From: Actinomycetota bacterium
GTDB taxonomy: Bacteria > Actinomycetota > Thermoleophilia > Gaiellales > Gaiellaceae
DNA: 64,000 bases
Assembly: GCA_013816245.1 (NCBI GenBank)
Contig: JACDEU010000001.1
Span: 106,744 to 170,743 of the forward strand
Direction of reading: 5' to 3'
Both the position numbers and the translations under genes were made by a program. Shown here piece by piece: positions 58,203-64,000 of this stretch. Numbering within the stretch: the stretch's first letter is position 1; each line of letters begins with the position of its first letter. The notes beneath the pieces were generated by a model. That model was not told the DNA's origin, did not search any database, and worked only from the letters and a program-made list of their open reading frames with translations.

Positions 58203-58380
58203 GAGGCCGTCGCGACCGCGCGCGTGCGGTCGCCTTCAGCACCTTCGCGGCGACCTTCGGCCCGTGCTTCCGTGCCACGTTCAGGACCTGCTTGCGTTGC
58301 TTCGGCGGCAGTCGCCGCCAGATGTCCCAGGCGGTGAGCGCAACGCCGACGGGTCCCAGTCGTCGAGTGAAGCGGGGCAC
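58195..58380 (-). CDS. Hypothetical 61-aa basic protein
   Basis: GTG 58380 lies 7 nt after GAGGA. It sits directly downstream of 58402..59103 on the same strand. Confidence 0.4.
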   Translation of the reverse strand: MPRFTRRLGPVGVALTAWDIWRRLPPKQRKQVLNVARKHGPKVAAKVLKATARARSRRPPK

Positions 58381-58401
58381 GGGCTTATCCTCGCATAGGC
58401 A

Positions 58402-59103
58402 CTATTTGCCGTGCCCGTTGTCGTGGTCCTTGCCGTTCCCCTTGCCCTTGTCGTCGCCGCTGGCCTTTCCGTTTCCATGGCCCTTGTCGCCGTTGGACGC
58501 ATCCTGCGCCGGCGCTGAGGGCTGCGGGGCGGACGGACTCACCGCCGGAGCGGTGGGGGCCGACGCTTGCACCGGCGCGGGGGTTGCGCCCTTGCCCTTC
58601 CCGCCGCCTTTCCCCCTGTCGTGCGCTTTGCCGTTGGCCTTTCCCTTGTCGTGGCCGCGTCGCGTGGTCTGGACCGGCGCCGCCGGGGGAGGTGCGGGAG
58701 CAACGGGCGTCGCCGCCAGTTGGCGTGTGTCCGTTGCAGGCGTGGGAGCCGGCGTCGGGACCGGCGCCGGGGCGGGAGCCGGGGTGGGCTTCGGCCTCAC
58801 CACGGGCTTCGACCCAGTGCTCGAAGGGCGAAGGGCGTGGTCCGAGCCAATGCCGCCGCTCGAGTCGAATCCGAAGAGGTTTGTCGTGCCAGACCGGGCA
58901 GCTGCGAGCCGCTTCGCGCTCGGGGGCGGCGACGATGACGCTCTGGCCACCGCGAGCACGGAGCGCTGAAGTGATGACGGTGGCGCGGTCAACGATTGCC
59001 CGGTTTCACGCGGTCCGCCGAACAGCGCCGGCATGGCCGTTGCGAAGGCGATGGCTCCCGTCAGCAGCGCGGCGGCTAGAACGCGCGCGCTCTTTTCCCT
59101 CAT
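58402..59103 (-). CDS. Secreted Pro/Ala-rich protein with His/Lys/Gly/Asp-rich C-terminal repeats
   Basis: Signal anchor VLAAALLTGAIAFATAMPALFG and a PAPAP tract. Then GHDKGKANGKAHDRGKGGGKGKG and GDKGHGNGKASGDDKGKGNGKDHDNGHGK. Confidence 0.6.
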   Translation of the reverse strand: MREKSARVLAAALLTGAIAFATAMPALFGGPRETGQSLTAPPSSLQRSVLAVARASSSPPPSAKRLAAARSGTTNLFGFDSSGGIGSDHALRPSSTGSKPVVRPKPTPAPAPAPVPTPAPTPATDTRQLAATPVAPAPPPAAPVQTTRRGHDKGKANGKAHDRGKGGGKGKGATPAPVQASAPTAPAVSPSAPQPSAPAQDASNGDKGHGNGKASGDDKGKGNGKDHDNGHGK

Positions 59104-59178
59104 GTTTGTCCCCTAGGTTGTCGATACCTCGTTCCAGGGATGTATCGGCATCGGGGGTGGAGGACTTGAAGGGAAGTC

Positions 59179-60948
59179 GTGGGTAGTTTCAAAGTCAAGT
59201 TAGTCGCCTATTTCCTACTGCTGTCCCTGCTCCCCCTGGCTGCCGCCTTCTGGGGCTTCTCGACGGTAGCGGCGCGGAGTGAGACCCGGCGGGTCGATGC
59301 ACGCCTTCAGGCCGGTCTTCGAGCCACCCTAGCTGCTTACCAGGAGGCCTTGGGCTCCGCCGACGCCGCGGCTGGGCAACTCGCACACCGGCCCTCCTTC
59401 CAGCGGGCACTCCTCGCCCGGGACCGGCCGGCTCTCGAGCAGATGCTGCGCGGCAAGCCCCATCTCTCGGTGGAGGCTCCCGGCGGTTTTCACGTCGGCA
59501 GGCGTGACCCGAGGGCGGTCACTCGGCAGGTCGAGGTAGTGGGCGCGAACGGCACGCAGGGCACGGTCGTCGCCTCGATGCCACTGGACGGCGCGCTGGT
59601 CAGGAGCCTCGAGACCCGCTCGGGCCTGGAGAACTACGACCACGTCCTCCTGATCCAGAACGGACGCATCGTCGCGGGGCCACCGGGGGTGGGTGGACGC
59701 GTCGACGTTCACTCCGGCAAGACGCGGACGATCTCGCTCGACGACACGAGCTACCGCGCCCTCGTCGCCGGGACGCTCGACGAACGCCCCAATGCGACCC
59801 TCGGCGTGATCAGCCCGCAGGCGCGCATCGACGCAACGAACCGCGACTCGAGAAACCGTCTGCTCGTCGGTCTGCTCGCCGCACTGATCTTCGTCGCCTG
59901 TGTCGCGTACGTCGAGGGTCGCGCAATCGTCCGCACGATCCGTAGGCTCGTCGACGCGGCACGGGCGATCGCGCGAGGCGACCTCAAACAACGCGTGCCC
60001 GTGCAGGGACGCGACGAGTTCGCGCTCCTCGGTCGGACGTTCAACCAGATGGCGTTCCAGTTGCAGACCCGACTCGACGAGCTGCAGGCGGAACGCGGAC
60101 GTCTGCGAGACGTCATCTCTCGCTTCGGCGAGGCGCTCGGCGCCACGCACGACAGTGACCAGTTGATGCGATTGATTGTCGAGACCGCGATCGAGGCGAC
60201 CAGTGCGTCAGGCGGCGTCTTCGTCGGCGCGAACGGTGAGCTCGTGCAAGTCGGATATCCGGACAAGGGCGAGGACAAGATCGAGGTGCCTCTTCGCGTG
60301 GGGACGACCGACTTCGGCGCCCTGCTTCTCTTCGGCGACGATTTCACCGACGAGGACCGGATGACCGCGGTCTCGCTCGCCTCACACGCCGTCGTTGCCC
60401 TCGACAACGTCCGGCTGCACCGGATCGTCGAACGTCAGGCGCTCGTCGACGGCCTCACCGGCCTCGCCAACCGGCGTCAGTGCGAGGAGTCGCTCGCTGA
60501 CGAGCTGGCCCGCGTCGGGCGCTTCGGCGGCTCTCTCGCCGTCGTGGTCGCCGACCTCGACTGGTTCAAGGACGTCAACGACCGCTACGGCCATCCGGCG
60601 GGGGACACGGTACTGCACGATTTCGCGACCCTCCTCCAGGAGACCCTGCGCGACGTGGACATCGCGGGCCGGTGGGGCGGCGAGGAGTTCATGATGGTCT
60701 TGCCGGGGACGGATCTTGCCGGCGGCGCGCAGGTGGCCGAGCGGATCCGGGTGGCCTTGGCACGGCGCATCGTTCTCGCCGCGGACGGGACGCCGATTCC
60801 GGTCACGGCGAGCTTCGGAGTCGCCGCGACTCCGCCCCTCCACACCGCTTCGGAGCTCTTCGCGGCCGCAGATGCCGCCATGTACCAGGCGAAGCGGGCC
60901 GGCAAGAACAGGGTCGAGACGGCTCCGCACCCCGTCCGCCAGTCCTAG
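59179..60948 (+). CDS. Membrane sensor diguanylate cyclase (periplasmic sensor-HAMP-GAF-GGDEF)
   Basis: Two TM flank a ~230-aa extracytoplasmic region. HAMP segment (RGDLKQRVPVQGRDEFALLGRTFNQMA), a GAF-like segment, and GGDEF with RWGGEEF. Confidence 0.88.
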   Translation: MGSFKVKLVAYFLLLSLLPLAAAFWGFSTVAARSETRRVDARLQAGLRATLAAYQEALGSADAAAGQLAHRPSFQRALLARDRPALEQMLRGKPHLSVEAPGGFHVGRRDPRAVTRQVEVVGANGTQGTVVASMPLDGALVRSLETRSGLENYDHVLLIQNGRIVAGPPGVGGRVDVHSGKTRTISLDDTSYRALVAGTLDERPNATLGVISPQARIDATNRDSRNRLLVGLLAALIFVACVAYVEGRAIVRTIRRLVDAARAIARGDLKQRVPVQGRDEFALLGRTFNQMAFQLQTRLDELQAERGRLRDVISRFGEALGATHDSDQLMRLIVETAIEATSASGGVFVGANGELVQVGYPDKGEDKIEVPLRVGTTDFGALLLFGDDFTDEDRMTAVSLASHAVVALDNVRLHRIVERQALVDGLTGLANRRQCEESLADELARVGRFGGSLAVVVADLDWFKDVNDRYGHPAGDTVLHDFATLLQETLRDVDIAGRWGGEEFMMVLPGTDLAGGAQVAERIRVALARRIVLAADGTPIPVTASFGVAATPPLHTASELFAAADAAMYQAKRAGKNRVETAPHPVRQS

Positions 60949-61047
60949 CCCCGAGGGGGCGGTCGCCGCACTTTCCCTGGAAAACCTTGCCTGAAGGGCT
61001 ACAATCCTGCCCGCAGGATCGCCCAGACACCGGACCCAGGAGGTTCT

Positions 61048-61362
61048 ATGACCGTTGAAACGCCGTCGATGTTCGCCAAGACAATCCAGGATCACCTCGA
61101 GTTGAAGGAGCGGAACGCGAGGCTCGATCAGTCGATGCCCCTCGGCCACTACAAGACCGCCGATCCGTTCGACAACCATCCGCTGTTCAAAACGGAGGAG
61201 CAGGCGCGTCTCGAGGAGACGATGGACGGCGAGGAGCCCGCCGTGACCGCGGAGCATCCTGTTCTGGCCTGGCCGGGCGAGGAGACCGCCGAGCAGGCCG
61301 CCGCTCCCGAGTCCGAAGAGGGCCTCTGGGGCCGCAGCCGCGACTTCGACTGGGGCGACTGA
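61048..61362 (+). CDS. Hypothetical acidic 104-aa protein
   Basis: ATG follows GGAGG. No recognised family. Confidence 0.55.
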   Translation: MTVETPSMFAKTIQDHLELKERNARLDQSMPLGHYKTADPFDNHPLFKTEEQARLEETMDGEEPAVTAEHPVLAWPGEETAEQAAAPESEEGLWGRSRDFDWGD

Positions 61363-61408
61363 GCGGGCGTAAGGTACGTCTCTCCGGAAACGAAGCGGGG
61401 AGGCTGAG

Positions 61409-61603
61409 ATGAAGCGAGTGTTGCTGGGGTTCGGGTTGGCGGCAGGCATCGCCTACGCGGTGCGCGAGTGGTTCGCGGCGCCGCTGCCGCAGCCGTCCTG
61501 GGACGAGACCGACAACGACCCCGAGGATCTGAGCCAGGACCTTGCGCAGCGGGTGCGCGAAGCCGAGGGCGCGCAGGCCCCTGAAGAGACCTCCGCGGGC
61601 TAG
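61409..61603 (+). CDS. Hypothetical 64-aa protein with N-terminal TM
   Basis: ATG follows GGGGAGG. MKRVLLGFGLAAGIAYAV, then an acidic tail. Confidence 0.45.
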   Translation: MKRVLLGFGLAAGIAYAVREWFAAPLPQPSWDETDNDPEDLSQDLAQRVREAEGAQAPEETSAG

Positions 61604-62357
61604 AGCAAGTTCGCAACGAAGCGGAGATCGCCGACGAAGGTGGCGAGCTCTGCCTCTCGCTGCTCCGGTTTGCCACGGAGGATCGCCGACGGGTGGATCG
61701 TGGCCGTGACTGCCGGGCGAGATCCGACTCGACCAGTTGACGCCTGGCCTGGGTCACCCGGAACTGGCGGCCGAGCAAGGTCTGAGCGGCCGTCGCCCCG
61801 AGCAGGACGAGCACCTGCGGCCGAACGACCTCGAGTTCGCCCTCGAGCCAGGGCCTGCACGCCGTCATCTCCGCCCAGTTGGGCTTCTGGTGAATCCGCC
61901 GCTTCCCGCGTGCCTGCCACTTGAAGTGCTTGACGGCGTTCGTCACATACGTGCCCCCCGGTCGATCCCCGCATCTTCGAGCGCCTTGTCGAGCAGCCGG
62001 CCCGCCGGCCGGAATCGTCCAAAGGTCGCGCAGCTGGTGTCCGAGCCCGACGAACGGCCTTCCTGCCAGGTCCTCATGGTCGCCCGGCTGCTCTCCGACG
62101 AGCATCAGCCGGGCGGTATCGGCCCCCTCTCCGAGCACCGTCTGCGTCCCGACCTGCCAGAGGAAACAGCCCCGGCAGCCGGCCGTAGCCTCCCTCAGGG
62201 CGGGCAGGGAACCCTCCTCGGGGAGGAAATCTGCCGCCGATCCGGTCCCCTCGCCAGCCTCTACGGTCTGGGTATTACCGCTCGAAGCCACGAGGAACCC
62301 CTCAACAGGGGGATACAAGCCGCTTTCAGCCTCGCTTTGCTTTGTCTCGGTTCGCAA
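61600..62357 (-). pseudogene. Family-4 uracil-DNA glycosylase of the UdgX type (KRRIH loop), frameshifted
   Basis: Pieces lie in different minus-strand frames:
- CRGC..LMLVGEQPGDHEDLAGRPFVG
- PAGRLLDKALEDAGIDRG
- TYVTNAVKHFKWQARGKRRIHQKPN..VLVLLGATAAQ
- AVTATIHPSAILRGKPEQREAELATFVGDLRFVANLL*

Shifts fall at the C6 run 61954-61959 and the G3 run 61714-61716, plus about 37 extra nt after FVG. Confidence 0.65.
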
Positions 62358-62403
62358 AAAGGGAGCGTCCCCTGCGGCTGCACCGACATATCGAAGGATG
62401 CGG

Positions 62404-64000
62404 ATGAGCGATCACGCGCTTCCACTCCGGCTTCTCGACGAGAACGTCCTCGGCGACCCGTCGCGCGGGACCGCCCTCGTCGAGTCCTACAGACGTCTTG
62501 CCGACGTGTTCCACGACGTGCTCGCAGAGCAGAGCCTCGACGCGCTCCTCGACCGCATCGCCGACGCGCTCGCCGAGCTCGTCCCACATGACTCACTGAC
62601 GATCTACGAGGCCGACGAGCCGCGACGCGTTCTGATTCCGGTGTGGGCACGAGACAAGTGGGCGGACAAGATTCTCGCCGACAGCTGTCCGTTCGGCGTC
62701 GGCCTCACCGGCTGGGGCGTCGTGCATCGCGAATCGGTTCGCGTGAACCAGGCTCACCTCGATCCGCGCACCGCAACTGTCGCAGGCACGCCCGACGACG
62801 AGCCGGAGGCGCTGATCACGATTCCCCTCATCGCCCGCGACTCGATCAAGGGCGCTCTCAACATCTACCGGCTGGGTGACGACGCGTCGTTCGACGACGA
62901 CGAGTTCGAGCTGGCGAAGCGATTCGGCGACGCCGCCGCGCTCGCGCTCGACAACGCGCAGATCCGGGCACGCCTCGAGCACCAGGCCCAGACGGATCCG
63001 CTCACCGGACTCTTCAACCATCGCGCATTCCACGAGAGGCTCAGGCAGGCGTTGGCAGACGCGAGTCGCTCGCACGACATGGTCTCGCTCCTCATGCTCG
63101 ACATCGACGACTTCAAGCGAGTCAACGACGTCTACGGTCACGGCGCCGGCGATGAGATCCTGCGTAGCCTCGCGGACACGTTGAAGGATTCAGTGCGCGC
63201 CTCCGACGTCGTGTACCGGCTCGGCGGCGAGGAGTTCGCGATCGTGATCGCCGCGCTCTCGCCGGAGAGCGCCGAGCAGCTCGCCTACCGGCTCGTCGAG
63301 CGGGTCGAGGCCACCGAGTTCGATCCGGCAGGCCGGATCACCATCTCTGTCGGGCTCGCACGCGGTCCCGAACATGCGATGAATCCGCGGGAACTGATCG
63401 CCTGCGCAGAAGCGGCCATGATGACCGCGAAGGCTCGTGGCAAGAACCAGATCGTCCTCTACGACGACGCCGAGCTCGAGCGTCCGGAAGGGGAAGAAGT
63501 CCCGTCCACGAGGGACGTGCGGTCGGTTGCGCACATGAAGATGCTGCAGAGCCTCGGAGGCAAGCTCAACCGCCTCAACGACGTGCGCCAGATCGGGCAT
63601 GTGATCGCCACCGAGCTCCGCTCGCTCATCGATTACCACAACTGCCGCGTCTCGATCGTCGACGGCGACGACGTGACTCCGATCGCGTTCGTCGGCCAGT
63701 TCACGTCCGAGACGCAGGAGCCGCTCGAGATCCTCGCCTGCAAGGTCGGTCAGGGGATCACCGGCCGCGTCGCGGCCACCGGTGAGTCTCTGCTGATCGG
63801 CGACGCAGCCAACTGCGAGTTCGCTCGCGTGCTACCGGGCACCAACGCCATCGACGAGTCACAGGTCGTCGTGCCGTTGACCTATGGGACGCGCGTCGTG
63901 GGAGTGATCGTGATCTCGAAGCTCGGCCTGAACCAGTTCGACGAGGACGACATGCGTCTCCTCGAGGTGCTGGCCGGACATGCTGCAGTCGCGCTCGAGA
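62404..64000 (+). CDS. GAF-GGDEF-GAF signalling protein (3' end beyond window)
   Basis: Not in the track (no stop in window). My translation from ATG 62404 gives MSDHALPLRLLDENVL.., GAF (..ITIPLIARDSIKGALNIYRL), GGDEF (DPLTGLFNHRAF..LDIDDFKRVNDVYGHGAGD..YRLGGEEFAIV) and a second GAF (..GITGRVAATGESLLIGD..VVPLTYGTRVVGVIVISK). Confidence 0.88.
   Translation, partial: MSDHALPLRLLDENVLGDPSRGTALVESYRRLADVFHDVLAEQSLDALLDRIADALAELVPHDSLTIYEADEPRRVLIPVWARDKWADKILADSCPFGVGLTGWGVVHRESVRVNQAHLDPRTATVAGTPDDEPEALITIPLIARDSIKGALNIYRLGDDASFDDDEFELAKRFGDAAALALDNAQIRARLEHQAQTDPLTGLFNHRAFHERLRQALADASRSHDMVSLLMLDIDDFKRVNDVYGHGAGDEILRSLADTLKDSVRASDVVYRLGGEEFAIVIAALSPESAEQLAYRLVERVEATEFDPAGRITISVGLARGPEHAMNPRELIACAEAAMMTAKARGKNQIVLYDDAELERPEGEEVPSTRDVRSVAHMKMLQSLGGKLNRLNDVRQIGHVIATELRSLIDYHNCRVSIVDGDDVTPIAFVGQFTSETQEPLEILACKVGQGITGRVAATGESLLIGDAANCEFARVLPGTNAIDESQVVVPLTYGTRVVGVIVISKLGLNQFDEDDMRLLEVLAGHAAVALE

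Overview
High-G+C bacterial chromosome segment (judged by eye, not computed). Gene content and order fit a rod-shaped Actinomycetota-like organism, possibly Thermoleophilia/Rubrobacteria-like; that placement is inference only.

Most of the window is core housekeeping:
- ileS (5' partial), ispH, and a multi-GAF histidine kinase with a receiver-only regulator
- tig-clpP-clpX, aceA-aceB-gntR, ggt, valS-folC-ndk-maf
- mreBCD-mrdA-rodA, rne, rplU-rpmA-obg-nadD-rsfS
- an RpoD-like sigma factor, sucA, and two GAF/GGDEF proteins (the last 3' partial and absent from the ORF track because it has no stop)

Seven tRNA genes, all on the + strand, were folded by hand: Pro-TGG, Gly-TCC, Arg-TCT, His-GTG, Arg-TCG, Leu-TAG, Ala-GGC.

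The most unusual signal is in the 15.6-19.0 kb tRNA island. A family of bipartite hairpin repeats sits immediately 3' of tRNA genes. Its stems change by compensatory substitutions, and it has an invariant GCCATGATGA junction. The island also holds a 31-bp duplication of the tRNA-His 3' end and a few small orphan genes, including an ANTAR-only protein.

Other notable points:
- Five disrupted genes: a zinc-ribbon gene, an HTH/endonuclease-like gene next to tRNA-Gly, an RmlC-like cupin between rpmA and obg, a PD-(D/E)XK remnant before tRNA-Ala, and a UdgX-like uracil-DNA glycosylase
- A leaderless 47-codon Cys-rich sORF ahead of aceA
- A 30-codon membrane micro-ORF coupled to folC
- An L21 with a ~100-aa tail
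- A three-gene secreted operon

I saw no CRISPR array, transposase, integrase or recognisable defence system. All coordinates were counted by hand and may be off by 1-3 nt. Family assignments come from motif recognition, not database searches.
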